Notes: a model not told the origin generated them from the letters alone. Shown: positions 18,609 through 28,366, counted from the stretch's first letter. The stretch: DNA of 64,000 nucleotides from Candidatus Zambryskibacteria bacterium RIFOXYD1_FULL_40_13 (GCA_001824295.1 MHWY01000002.1:73354-137353), one strand, 5' to 3'. Made by a program: numbers and translations.

Positions 18609-20480
18609 TTATACTGAATTCACATTCACTTGATAACTTTCGACTTTTAACTTTTGACTAATGAACACATCATACCACAGTGCCAGCATGAGTAATAAGT
18701 ATATTTTCCTTGAATTATCAACAGTTTTCGCGTTGTGGTCATTTATTATTGTTTGTATATAGGCCATATCCATGTTCTCTTTTATATACTTATTATTCAA
18801 TATCCTCTGATAAACGTCAGGTCTCTCTGCATTAAACCAGTTTCTAACCGGAGTTGGAAAACCTAGTTTTTTCCTGTTTCGTGTGGTTTCAGGAATGATT
18901 TCCTTAAAAGCCTCTCTTAGAAGGTATTTAGTTACTCCATTGTGCCATTTAAGGTGGTCAGGAAGAGTTTTGGCTAGGCTAGCTACATCCTTATCTAGAA
19001 AAGGTACTCGTAGCTCTAGGGAGTTAGCCATTGTCATTTTATCGGCTTTTGCCAATATGTCCCCGACAAGCCAGGTATTTATATCAATAAACTGCATTTT
19101 TGAAGAATCACTAACACTATTTATTTTTTTATACAGTGGTGAAAGTGAGAGCGGTTTAATTTTCCTGCCTTTCCAAAGCAAGCTGATTTCTTCTTTTTTG
19201 AAAATTGAAGCATTGCCAATATACCAGTCTTCAAGTTTATTATGCGCCCTTCTTATATAGTTTTTTCCAAAAAATGGAAAAGGAATCGTGAGCGCTATCT
19301 CGAGAAATTTTCTCGGTATCCAGGAGATTTTATTGTATGCAAATGGCGCAAGATAAATATTATATCCTCCAAATAGTTCATCTGCACCCTCGCCCGATAG
19401 AACTACCGTAACGTGTTTTCTCGCTTCTCTGGCAACAAAGTACAGACCAATTGCAGAAGGGTCAGCAACAGGTTCATCAAAATGATAAACGGCTTTTGGA
19501 AGGATGCTGAAATACTCGTCAGCACTAATTTTAATCTCTGTGTGGTCCGTACCCAGAAAATTAGAAGTTTCTTCGGCTTCCCTACCTTCAGTTAGGTCAT
19601 CGAAGCCTACGGTAAATGTCTTTATTTTCTTATCACCACAAATCTTTTGCATTAGTGTGGTAATTATTGAACTATCTACACCACCAGAGAGAAATGCCCC
19701 AACAGGAACATCGGCTATCATGTGATGCTCTACGGAATCCCTGATTATTTCTTGTATTTTGGTCGTTGTCCTGGCCTCTTCTAGAGTCTCATCTTGATTA
19801 AACTCAAATGACCAGTACTTTTCAATGTGACTTTCGTTGGTTTCTAGGTTGATTGATAGATAGTGACCTGGTGGTAATTTGTACACATCCTTAAAAAACG
19901 TCTCAGTAAGAGGGTTATACTGATATGACAGATAATTTACTACGGCCTCGTCATTTACTTCTGGTTGAAATTCTGGCAGGGCTAAGAAACTTTTAATTTC
20001 TGAGGAGAAAGCAGTAATTTGTCCATCTTTGTTTACAAGGTAATAGAGTGGTTTAATACCGAAGAAGTCTCTTGCAAGAAATATTTTCCTTGTCTCAATA
20101 TTGTAAATACAAAAAGCAAACATCCCACGTAACATTGGTAGCATTTTTTCTCCGTATTCCTCAAATAAATGAAGAATAACTTCCGTATCAGTTTGGGTTT
20201 TGAAATGGTAACCTTTCTCCTCGAGCTCTAGCCTAAGTTCTTTATAGTTGTATATTTCACCATTTAAAAAAATAAGTAGCTTTTCATCAGATGATGTTAT
20301 TGGTTGTCTGCCAGTAGAAAGATCTATGATAGATAGCCTTCTCATACCAAGACCAACCGACTTATCAACATAAAAACCATCATCGTCTGGTCCACGATGT
20401 GTAATCTTTGCAACCATACCCGTAATTGCTTTTTCTATATTCTCGATTTTTGGGTCTATGACACCTGCAATTCCACACAT
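18609..20480 (-). CDS. asnB: Glutamine-hydrolysing asparagine synthase / amidotransferase
   Basis: MCGIAG, HRGPD, NGEIYN, LSGGVDSS, SGEGADELFGGY. Confidence 0.93.
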   Translation of the reverse strand: MCGIAGVIDPKIENIEKAITGMVAKITHRGPDDDGFYVDKSVGLGMRRLSIIDLSTGRQPITSSDEKLLIFLNGEIYNYKELRLELEEKGYHFKTQTDTEVILHLFEEYGEKMLPMLRGMFAFCIYNIETRKIFLARDFFGIKPLYYLVNKDGQITAFSSEIKSFLALPEFQPEVNDEAVVNYLSYQYNPLTETFFKDVYKLPPGHYLSINLETNESHIEKYWSFEFNQDETLEEARTTTKIQEIIRDSVEHHMIADVPVGAFLSGGVDSSIITTLMQKICGDKKIKTFTVGFDDLTEGREAEETSNFLGTDHTEIKISADEYFSILPKAVYHFDEPVADPSAIGLYFVAREARKHVTVVLSGEGADELFGGYNIYLAPFAYNKISWIPRKFLEIALTIPFPFFGKNYIRRAHNKLEDWYIGNASIFKKEEISLLWKGRKIKPLSLSPLYKKINSVSDSSKMQFIDINTWLVGDILAKADKMTMANSLELRVPFLDKDVASLAKTLPDHLKWHNGVTKYLLREAFKEIIPETTRNRKKLGFPTPVRNWFNAERPDVYQRILNNKYIKENMDMAYIQTIINDHNAKTVDNSRKIYLLLMLALWYDVFISQKLKVESYQVNVNSV

Positions 20481-20523
20481 AAAAACAGTATACCCCCAGA
20501 TGGAAGTTTCTCCAAATCGTGCT

Positions 20524-21468
20524 CTAATTTAGCCCTGTTATGTAATTCTCTGTTGCTTTGACAAGCTTTGCAACATCTTCAAACCTACCATCAATTGATG
20601 AGCCCAAAACAACTATGACTATTGGCCTACCAATTGAGTGGTCAAAAGCAATAACAAGATTACCACCAGCTAAATCAGTGTATCCTGTTTTTGAAGCGAG
20701 CAATCCTCTGATTTTTTCTACACCGACATTTGTGTTTTTTGCCGAATGAACCATCTCTGTTGACGGAATATTCATCGCTTTATATTTTGTTGCCTCTAAT
20801 ATTTCAGGATGGTGTACCAATATGTACTGCATTAGTTTACTAACATCGATGGCCGAACCATAACCACCCGAGGTTGCTCCATCGTCTAATCCACTCTCGT
20901 TTATAAAGTATGTTTGTTTCAACCCTAACTCCTCTGCCATTTCGTTCATCTTTGTAATAAAGCTTTTTCTGCCCAAATCATAGTCTGGGCTTTCCAGTTG
21001 TGTTGCACCAATAACTGAAGCTATGGAACGAGCACCATCATTAGATGAGACCAGAAGTGAAAAATCTAGAAGGTCTTTAAGCTTCCAAGACTCATCCACA
21101 AGTAGTCCAGTATCTCCCTCTTCTGCAAGAAAATCTTTTCTTATGGTGATTTGAGTATTTTTTGGTAACAGTTCCGTAGCTACAAGTGCAGTCATAAGCT
21201 TAGTAATAGATGCGAGTGGTAATTGAATAAATTCATTTTTCTTATATATAACCTCATTTTTTACAATATCAAAGACATATGCAGAATCTGCCTCTATATT
21301 TACATCAGCAAATATTCTTTGGCTGGTTTCTTCGTTATATGTTATTACTTCTTTTGTAAATGGTTTATTTAGCGCTCCATAAATTGTAAAGACCATAAAA
21401 ACAATAGACACAACAAGAAGTGCATTTAGAACAAGGAGTTTTTTTGTAATATGTTGTTGCTCGTCCAT
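20524..21468 (-). CDS. D-alanyl-D-alanine carboxypeptidase (S11)
   Basis: ASITK (SxxK), SSN, KTG; N-terminal membrane anchor. Confidence 0.9.
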   Translation of the reverse strand: MDEQQHITKKLLVLNALLVVSIVFMVFTIYGALNKPFTKEVITYNEETSQRIFADVNIEADSAYVFDIVKNEVIYKKNEFIQLPLASITKLMTALVATELLPKNTQITIRKDFLAEEGDTGLLVDESWKLKDLLDFSLLVSSNDGARSIASVIGATQLESPDYDLGRKSFITKMNEMAEELGLKQTYFINESGLDDGATSGGYGSAIDVSKLMQYILVHHPEILEATKYKAMNIPSTEMVHSAKNTNVGVEKIRGLLASKTGYTDLAGGNLVIAFDHSIGRPIVIVVLGSSIDGRFEDVAKLVKATENYITGLN

Positions 21469-21475
21469 ATAAGTC

Positions 21476-22045
21476 TTAGTTATTTGCTGTATCTAGGTCT
21501 TCTTCCTTTTCTTCAGCAACATCTAGCTGTTGACGCAGCTCATTATACTCAGGTAATTCAGAAATATGGCTTAGACCAAGAAATCGTAAAGCATCAGCTG
21601 TTATATTATAACCTATTACCCTCATATCTGTCTCGCTATTTTTCTTCTCTATAAGACCTCTTAACAATAAATTCCGTAAAGAATACTGAGAATTCACACC
21701 TCTGATATATTCAATCTCCTTCTTACTAACCGGTCCCTTGTAGGCGATTATAGACAATGTCTCTATTCCAGATTTTCCTAAATCTTTTTCTCTCTCTTCT
21801 TTAATTATTTTTTCGATTGTTTCTGAATATTCTGGTGCTGTAGTAATAAGAACCTCATCGTTGTGAACCACAAGTCTCACACCCCGCTCGGACAAGGACT
21901 CGGCAAGACTCTTAGTAGCGACCAAAACATCCTCCTTGGATATATCCAGTGTTTTAGCCAGAAAATCAATACTGACCGGCTCAGCCAAATAAAAAAGTAC
22001 CGCTTCTATCTTATTCACTAATTGTCCTTGGTTTTCTTGCATCAT
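21476..22045 (-). CDS. scpB: SMC-Scp complex subunit ScpB
   Basis: ETLSIIAYKGP, IRGVNS; adjacent to scpA. Confidence 0.92.
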   Translation of the reverse strand: MMQENQGQLVNKIEAVLFYLAEPVSIDFLAKTLDISKEDVLVATKSLAESLSERGVRLVVHNDEVLITTAPEYSETIEKIIKEEREKDLGKSGIETLSIIAYKGPVSKKEIEYIRGVNSQYSLRNLLLRGLIEKKNSETDMRVIGYNITADALRFLGLSHISELPEYNELRQQLDVAEEKEEDLDTANN

Positions 22046-22091
22046 GAATTTACTTTACAAACTTTATAACTTTTTACTTTTAACCTGAAAA

Positions 22092-22820
22092 TCAATATTT
22101 TGGAACACCAATATGTTGATTTTCCATCTGTATATCCTGAAAATTATTATCTTGCCTTACTCTTATAATACCCTGTTTTACTAATTCTAGCATAGCAAGA
22201 AAACTAACAATAACATTTACCTTCTCTGCCTTGCCTACACCGGCGAAATCCTTAAAACTCATTCTCATACTTTCCGTAATTCGCAGAGTTAAGTTCTCCA
22301 TCATTTCCTCAAGTGAAATAACTTTTTCTACAATAGCTTTCGGAACAAATTCTTTTTTTGGTATCTCAATAATTACAGATTTTACTGCTTCAAAAATCGT
22401 ATTTACTGTTACGCTCTCGTCGGGAGCGAAAACAACAATTTTTTCCTTTGAGGGTTGGCGGAGATACTCAACATGGATATTAAATCTTTCTTTTAGATGT
22501 CGGCTTAACTCCTTATATTTTTGATATTCACGCAACCTTGCTTCCAAATCCTCAATATTGTGCTCTTCCTCTTCAGAAAGCACTAGGTTAGGAAGAAGAG
22601 ACTTTGACTTTATAAGCACTAGGGTTGAGGCAATCAGAATAAAATGTGCAGAATCAGCGATTGGAAAATCATCAAAGCTCTTTATATATGCAATATAATC
22701 ATCAGCAACCTGTGCTAGTGAAATATCATTTATAAAAAGCTTCCTTTTTTCAATAAGAGAAAGGAGGGTGTCGAGTGGCCCCTCAAAAATGTGTGTTTTA
22801 ACTTGATATTCCGAATCCAT
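22092..22820 (-). CDS. scpA: SMC-Scp complex subunit ScpA
   Basis: FEGPLDTLLSLI, IKSKSLLP, FLAMLEL. Confidence 0.93.
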   Translation of the reverse strand: MDSEYQVKTHIFEGPLDTLLSLIEKRKLFINDISLAQVADDYIAYIKSFDDFPIADSAHFILIASTLVLIKSKSLLPNLVLSEEEEHNIEDLEARLREYQKYKELSRHLKERFNIHVEYLRQPSKEKIVVFAPDESVTVNTIFEAVKSVIIEIPKKEFVPKAIVEKVISLEEMMENLTLRITESMRMSFKDFAGVGKAEKVNVIVSFLAMLELVKQGIIRVRQDNNFQDIQMENQHIGVPKY

Positions 22821-22851
22821 ATAGATTAATTTACAAGCAGATGAGGTGATT

Positions 22852-24144
22852 TTAAGGATTTAAACGTTTAACATCACGAGGCAAATATGTCGCCTCCCTA
22901 ACATTTGGCAAATCAAGAATCTTCATAACAAATCTTCCTGGGCCTATTCCAGCACCACCGTGAGGAGGACAGCCGTATCTGAAGAAATTTATATAATCCT
23001 TCAATGGTTCAAGAGACATGCCCTTATCCTCTGCTTGTTTAATCAAAACATCCACTCTGTGCTCCCTTTGGGCGAGTGTCGTCACCTCAATCCCTTTGTA
23101 CAAGAGGTCAGCCCTTCTTGAAAAATCACTTCCCTCCTTTAGTCTCATGTGGTAAAAAGCACTTTTTGATTTATGATACTCAGTGATAAAAACAAAATCA
23201 TGGTTTTTTTCCTTTTTGACATGCTCACAAATAACTCTCTCTTCTTCAGGCGAAAGGTCGTATGGCTCTGCACTCTCAACACCAAGCTTAAGAAGAATCT
23301 CCTTAGCTTCTATCATAGTAATACGAGGAAATGGTCGCTCAGGAACAGAAATGTTTGTATCAGGAAATTTTTCAAGCACCGACTTAAATCCTTCAACTAT
23401 CATTCCCTCTTCCGCATCCATAACATCATTATGAGAGTCAATATATGATATTTCGAAATCCCAACCTGTAAACTCTGTTAAGTGCCTTGTAGTAAAAGAC
23501 AATTCTGCCCGAAAAACTGGTGCAACCATAAATACTCGCTCAAATCCACTGGCCATACCCATTTGTTTGTAAAACTGTGGTGATTGAGCTAGATATGCCT
23601 TCCTGTCAAAATAGTTCACAGTGAAAACATCTGCACCAGTTTCTGAAGCGGTAGACATGAAAGCAGGTGGGTACAACTGAACAAAGTTATTTTCATGCCA
23701 ATATTTTCTAAAGCCCTTTTCTAATTCAGTCCAGACTTGAAATATCCTAGTTTTTTCTGGTTTCCTTAAATCTAGCCAGCGGTAGTCGAGTCTTGTTGGG
23801 GCTTCTGTTTCTTCGTCTCCCCCCTTCATCACAACGGGAATTGGTAGTTCAGGATCCGCAACAGAGAGTACCTCAATGCTTTTAACAGAAATCTCGAAAC
23901 CACCCATAGCTTGTTTTGCTTCCTTGACAGTACCAGTTATTTTTACCACTGACTCATGTGAAAGGTTCTTTGCTGTTTCAAAAGATGTGCTACTTGTCTC
24001 AACAACATTCTGAATAATACCCGTTACATCTCTAAGAAGAAGAAAAATTATTTTGCTTTGCACACGAAGTGTGTGAACAAAACCCATCACAACCACCTCC
24101 TTGCCAACATGCTGACCAATCTCTTTGTTGTATGTTCTTTTCAT
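22852..24144 (-). CDS. aspS: Short archaeal-type (non-discriminating) aspartate--tRNA(Asp/Asn) ligase
   Basis: About 430 aa without GAD insertion; RLDYRWLDLR, LAQSPQFYKQ, GCPPHGG. Confidence 0.9.
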   Translation of the reverse strand: MKRTYNKEIGQHVGKEVVVMGFVHTLRVQSKIIFLLLRDVTGIIQNVVETSSTSFETAKNLSHESVVKITGTVKEAKQAMGGFEISVKSIEVLSVADPELPIPVVMKGGDEETEAPTRLDYRWLDLRKPEKTRIFQVWTELEKGFRKYWHENNFVQLYPPAFMSTASETGADVFTVNYFDRKAYLAQSPQFYKQMGMASGFERVFMVAPVFRAELSFTTRHLTEFTGWDFEISYIDSHNDVMDAEEGMIVEGFKSVLEKFPDTNISVPERPFPRITMIEAKEILLKLGVESAEPYDLSPEEERVICEHVKKEKNHDFVFITEYHKSKSAFYHMRLKEGSDFSRRADLLYKGIEVTTLAQREHRVDVLIKQAEDKGMSLEPLKDYINFFRYGCPPHGGAGIGPGRFVMKILDLPNVREATYLPRDVKRLNP

Positions 24145-24160
24145 AATATTTCCAATGGAG

Positions 24161-24340
24161 AAACAAAAAAGCCCCTCCGAATTCATTTAATAATAAATTC
24201 GCAGGGGCGATTTCGTTCGCGGTGCCACCCTGTTTTGTTCTCTTTATTTGCATATCGGAGCAAATCCGGAAGATTCTACTTGCCTCTTTAGAGACTTTCT
24301 TTCTTCACCTCACCGGTGTTGGCCGGATCATAGGATTAAC
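24161..24340 (-). promoter_or_regulatory. T-box riboswitch: ultrashort Stem I, Asn (AAC) specifier, terminator/antiterminator platform
   Basis: Stem I CCUAUGAUCCGG-CCAACA-CCGGUGAGG; Stem II with AGUA/GAA; IIA/B pseudoknot; T-box AGGGUGGCACCGCG; terminator GCCCCU...AGGGGC + U tract. Confidence 0.88.
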
Positions 24341-24383
24341 TACATTATATAAACTCTGATAAGAATTGCAAATACCTTTTGCA

Positions 24384-25367
24384 CTAGTATAGCTTAACCC
24401 CTATTGAGTTACGGACTTGCTCCATTTTCCTCTCAGCCTTTACTTTAGCTCTTTTTCCACCATCCTTAAGAACATCTAGTACGAAATCCATATCATGGGT
24501 AAGCTGTTCTCGTTTTTCCCGTAGTGGTGCGATAAATGCCTCAATATTTTTTATTAGCATTTCCTTTGACTCTTTGTGACCCATTCCCCCTTTTTGATAT
24601 CGCTCTCTTAAGACAAGTAGCTCATCCTGCTTAGCAAACAACTTGTGCAATTTGAAAACATTGTCTTCGTCCGGATTTCTTGATTCGGTAATTGGTTTGG
24701 AGTCTGTTGGTATAGACATAACCGCCTTTGTGATTTCATCCAATGTTGCAAAAAGTCCGATAGTATTTCCATAACTCTTGCTCATCTTTTGTCCGTCAGT
24801 TCCTGGCACCACAGCTACTTCTGGCATAATTTTGGATTCAGGTAGTTTAAACACCTCTTCTTTGAAAATAAAATTAAATTTTTGGGCGGTGTCTCTGGCA
24901 TATTCCACATGTTGTTTTTGGTCCTGACCCACCGGCACCACATCTACATCATAGAGCAAAATGTCGCCAGCCATAAGCATTGGGTAGTTAAATGTTCCAA
25001 CACTTATCTCTTTGTCCTTTGCTTCCGCATCCTTGTATGCATGCGCTCGCATCAAATATGGCATTGTTGTTATGGTATCAAAAATCCATGCCAACTCTGT
25101 GTGTTCAGAAACATCCGACTGTTTGAAGATTATTGATTTCTGGGGGTCGAGACCCAATGCAAGGTAGTCAATAGTCAAATCAAGGATGCTTTGATTTAGC
25201 TCCTCCTTATTTTGAATGAAATTAAGCGCATGATAATCAGCCACCATATACATGGCCTGATAGTCATCCTGTAAGTCCACAAATTGCCTCAACGCACCAA
25301 AATAATTACCAATATGTGGTCTACCTGTTGGTTTTACACCGGATAGCAATGTTTTTTTACTACTCAT
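24384..25367 (-). CDS. trpS: Tryptophan--tRNA ligase
   Basis: SGVKPTGRPHIGNY, VPVGQDQKQH, KMSKS. Confidence 0.97.
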   Translation of the reverse strand: MSSKKTLLSGVKPTGRPHIGNYFGALRQFVDLQDDYQAMYMVADYHALNFIQNKEELNQSILDLTIDYLALGLDPQKSIIFKQSDVSEHTELAWIFDTITTMPYLMRAHAYKDAEAKDKEISVGTFNYPMLMAGDILLYDVDVVPVGQDQKQHVEYARDTAQKFNFIFKEEVFKLPESKIMPEVAVVPGTDGQKMSKSYGNTIGLFATLDEITKAVMSIPTDSKPITESRNPDEDNVFKLHKLFAKQDELLVLRERYQKGGMGHKESKEMLIKNIEAFIAPLREKREQLTHDMDFVLDVLKDGGKRAKVKAERKMEQVRNSIGVKLY

Positions 25368-25450
25368 CTTTATATTGTATCAGATTTTGTTTAAAACAGA
25401 AAAGTCCCAAGCGCAGAGGGCGCTTGAGGCCCTCCTGCTTGAGACTGCGT

Positions 25451-26017
25451 CTAAACTCGAGATGGATCACGAATGTCCTCTTCTTTCACGATGACTTGGT
25501 CAAGCAACCCAAGTGAGAGAGCATCACCCACGGGTAGCTGACAGTCAAGCTCGCACATTTTACGAATTTCTTCGTGCGATCTTCCTGTTCGGTTGACGAG
25601 AATTTCGTCGAGTTTTTTCTGGTCGGCCTCCATCGAATTGATGTAATCGGCAAGCATCATCGGATCTCTTGCCACATCAAGCCTGAACGCAGTACTTGTA
25701 ATGTGGTGGACCAGTATTCTGGAATGGGGCGTTGCTGTGCGCCAATCACAAGCCTGGAGAATCACTCCAGAGATTGAGTTTGCAATGCCATTCACAATAC
25801 CAATCTTATGTCCGACGTAGAACCTCAACAGATCGAAGATATCAAGTCCGGCAGTTACGTTACCGCCCTTACTTGTTATGTAGATCGTAATTGGCGGGGA
25901 GCCTCTTATGAGGAGGTTCCAAATCGCCGAGGATACGTACGCATGGGTTTCTGTCGTGACTTCTCCAGAGATGGACAATCGGTTCTGCGACAGAGCAATC
26001 GCTTGATCCTGTGTCAT
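25451..26017 (-). CDS. ClpP-family protease (divergent; GC-rich cassette)
   Basis: IYITSKGGNVTAG, ANSIS (catalytic Ser), SRILVHH, ALSLGLLD; own TTGACT-17-TATTGT promoter, SD AAGGAGG, hairpin 25408-25426. Confidence 0.85.
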   Translation of the reverse strand: MTQDQAIALSQNRLSISGEVTTETHAYVSSAIWNLLIRGSPPITIYITSKGGNVTAGLDIFDLLRFYVGHKIGIVNGIANSISGVILQACDWRTATPHSRILVHHITSTAFRLDVARDPMMLADYINSMEADQKKLDEILVNRTGRSHEEIRKMCELDCQLPVGDALSLGLLDQVIVKEEDIRDPSRV

Positions 26018-26110
26018 GGGGCCTGCCTCCTTGGGGGTGTACGGTCTAAGCTAACAATATGTGAGTTCAAAATTTTAGTCAAATATCGTGCATGTTTAGA
26101 CAAAAGAAAT

Positions 26111-26134
26111 CCGCCACCCAAAGCTGGGTGGCGG
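26111..26134 (-). terminator. Terminator of the ABC cassette
   Basis: ccgccaccca-aagc-tgggtggcgg, followed by a U-rich tract on the minus strand. Confidence 0.75.
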
Positions 26135-26147
26135 AAATTTACGCAAC

Positions 26148-28028
26148 TTACACAACAATTCCCTGGTCGTCAGCGAGCATCTTGAAAGTTCTGGAGATGC
26201 CGTAGAGTTCCTCAAACGACGAGGCTACTGCCTCAACCTGAGTGTCGCCATTTGTCAGCTCGTCGCTAGACCTGAGAACGACAAACTTGTCGCAGAGGTG
26301 CCTAACAGTAGAGAGCCGATGAGCAATGACCACCGCTGTGACATTCCCCGACAGAAGCTTCTGTAGCCCGGCCTGAACAAGCCTCTCGGTAGTTGAGTCC
26401 AAGCTTGATGTGGCTTCATCGATGAGCATCATTCGAGGACGCTTGATAGCGGCAGCTCCGATGATGAGCCTCTGTGCTTGCCCACCAGAGAGCTTGATTC
26501 CGTTTGTGCCAACTTCGGTATAGATGCCGTTCGTCAGACGCTTTCCGAAGTCAATCTGGAGGTCACGCATGAGGCTCCAGATTTCTGGGTCACCCATTTT
26601 CTGCTTTTCCTCATCACTGAGTGCATATGTCAGGTTGTAGCGGATACTTCCGTCGAAAATCTGAGCCTGCTGTGGAATGTATCCGAGAGTTCTAATCCAC
26701 GATGCGGAGTTGACCTGTCTCATGTCAATTCCGTTCACTAGGATTTTGCCGTTTGACGGATCCATCGAACGCAAGAGAAGTCGGGCCAAGGTTGACTTGC
26801 CTGCTCCTGACTGGCCGATGATTGCCACCTTCTGCCCAGCGTCTACCGCGAAGCTTACGCGCTGTAGTGCGTGTGGGTTTTCCTCTTCGTCTGTACTATC
26901 CAAGGTGGGGCCGTGTTCCGGGTATGTGTACGACACATCCTGGAACTCAATTGCTATCGGAGCATCCTGGAGGATTTCCACGCAACCCTCTGCATCCGTA
27001 GCTTCAGGTGGTATGGACAATGCCTCTATCTTGGCTTTGACGGCAGGCATGTTCCAGTTAATCATGTGTTCAATCCTGCCGATTTGCCACACACTTGATA
27101 CGATGGTACTTGTCCACATGAAGATAGGATACAAGTTGCCGATGTTCATGTGACCCTGCCACACCTGCCATGTGCCATAGCTAATGACAGTCATGAAGGC
27201 AAGCATGGTCGCAGTATCGCGAAAGGCGTTGTGCTTGATGAACCAGAGCCAGAACCTACGGTCATCCTTGAGGTTGTCGGCAAACTCGACCGACATCTCG
27301 CGAAGTTCCCTTGTGGACATGCCACTGGTCTTAACTCTCTCCACCTTGGACCATCGGTCAAGTCGCCTACGATTGAGAACACGGAAACGCTTGTCGATGT
27401 TTGTGCACTCCAAAACCACCTTGTGGTTAAGAAAGAGTGTCCATGTGATGTAAACCACGAACGAGAGACTGATTGCCAAACCAGAGACCGGTGAGACAAC
27501 CCAGATGAGAATGTAGGCAACCAGAAGAGTTGATAGAACCTGAAAACCTTCGAACAGGAGAAGCCCTTGAAGGTCTAGGAGTTTCCACCGACCCTTGTCA
27601 ATGTTGCCAACATTCAGAGTGCCACTGTGCTCAGCGTGTTGCCCCAAGGACTTCTCGAACATCATCCGTGTGATGTAGTCGTCGAGTGTACCCTGGAGAT
27701 AGCCAAGTATGAGCTCTCTGTAGGTGGCCTGCTTGAAGTGAAACAGTTTCTGGATTGCCATGAGCGCGAATGTCACGGCAATCCCTACCGCCACATACTC
27801 CCGACTTTTCTCCGCGAGACCGCGGAAAATTAGTGAGATTGTGAACGGGATTGTCATTTGAGTCAGGATGTTTGCGGACATGTAGCTAAACATTCTCCGC
27901 AACCATTTCACCTGCTCAGGCGATTCCAGAAACCTCCAAGTCCAAACAAGAACCCTTAGGGATTCCTTTGCACTTGAAAGGTATTCGGTAATCGTGGCCG
28001 GCGTTTTTTCTCTGTCATCGAAGTCCAT
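26148..28028 (-). CDS. Fused ABC exporter (TMD+NBD, MdlB/MsbA type; GC-rich cassette)
   Basis: GQSGAGKS, LSGGQ, IDEATSSLD, IAHRLST; SD AAGGAGG before ATG 28028. Confidence 0.9.
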   Translation of the reverse strand: MDFDDREKTPATITEYLSSAKESLRVLVWTWRFLESPEQVKWLRRMFSYMSANILTQMTIPFTISLIFRGLAEKSREYVAVGIAVTFALMAIQKLFHFKQATYRELILGYLQGTLDDYITRMMFEKSLGQHAEHSGTLNVGNIDKGRWKLLDLQGLLLFEGFQVLSTLLVAYILIWVVSPVSGLAISLSFVVYITWTLFLNHKVVLECTNIDKRFRVLNRRRLDRWSKVERVKTSGMSTRELREMSVEFADNLKDDRRFWLWFIKHNAFRDTATMLAFMTVISYGTWQVWQGHMNIGNLYPIFMWTSTIVSSVWQIGRIEHMINWNMPAVKAKIEALSIPPEATDAEGCVEILQDAPIAIEFQDVSYTYPEHGPTLDSTDEEENPHALQRVSFAVDAGQKVAIIGQSGAGKSTLARLLLRSMDPSNGKILVNGIDMRQVNSASWIRTLGYIPQQAQIFDGSIRYNLTYALSDEEKQKMGDPEIWSLMRDLQIDFGKRLTNGIYTEVGTNGIKLSGGQAQRLIIGAAAIKRPRMMLIDEATSSLDSTTERLVQAGLQKLLSGNVTAVVIAHRLSTVRHLCDKFVVLRSSDELTNGDTQVEAVASSFEELYGISRTFKMLADDQGIVV

Positions 28029-28112
28029 CTCACTCCTCCTTCTACACAAGCCCTAATTGTTGTTGAAGTTGTCAAAGAACTACTGTATCAGAGCAAAGCT
28101 CGATACACGGAA

Positions 28113-28145
28113 ACTTAAAACGCCGCAGTACGCGGCGTTTTAAGT
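28113..28145 (-). terminator. Hairpin/attenuator in the ABC leader
   Basis: acttaaaacgccgc-agtac-gcggcgttttaagt, 14-bp stem. Confidence 0.75.
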
Positions 28146-28164
28146 CTTCGAAGAAATTTTAGTT

Positions 28165-28296
28165 TCAAACACTTAGAACACAGCGTAATCTTTCCACATT
28201 GTTTGCGGAATTATATTTATTTGGAAGCACGATGAAAGAGACAAGCCCTTTTCTGCACGTGTTCCAGATATTCTTTTGGTTACGCAAGTTTTTCAT
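28165..28296 (-). CDS. Putative leader peptide, 43 aa
   Basis: MKNLRNQKNIWNTCRKGLVSFIVLPNKYNSANNVERLRCVLSV*; just downstream of TTGACT-16-TATGAT. Confidence 0.4.
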   Translation of the reverse strand: MKNLRNQKNIWNTCRKGLVSFIVLPNKYNSANNVERLRCVLSV

Positions 28297-28366
28297 TGCC
28301 TATTTATCATACATAAAATTAATTAAAAGTCAATCTAGTTATTGACAGATGATAAAGTGCAATATT

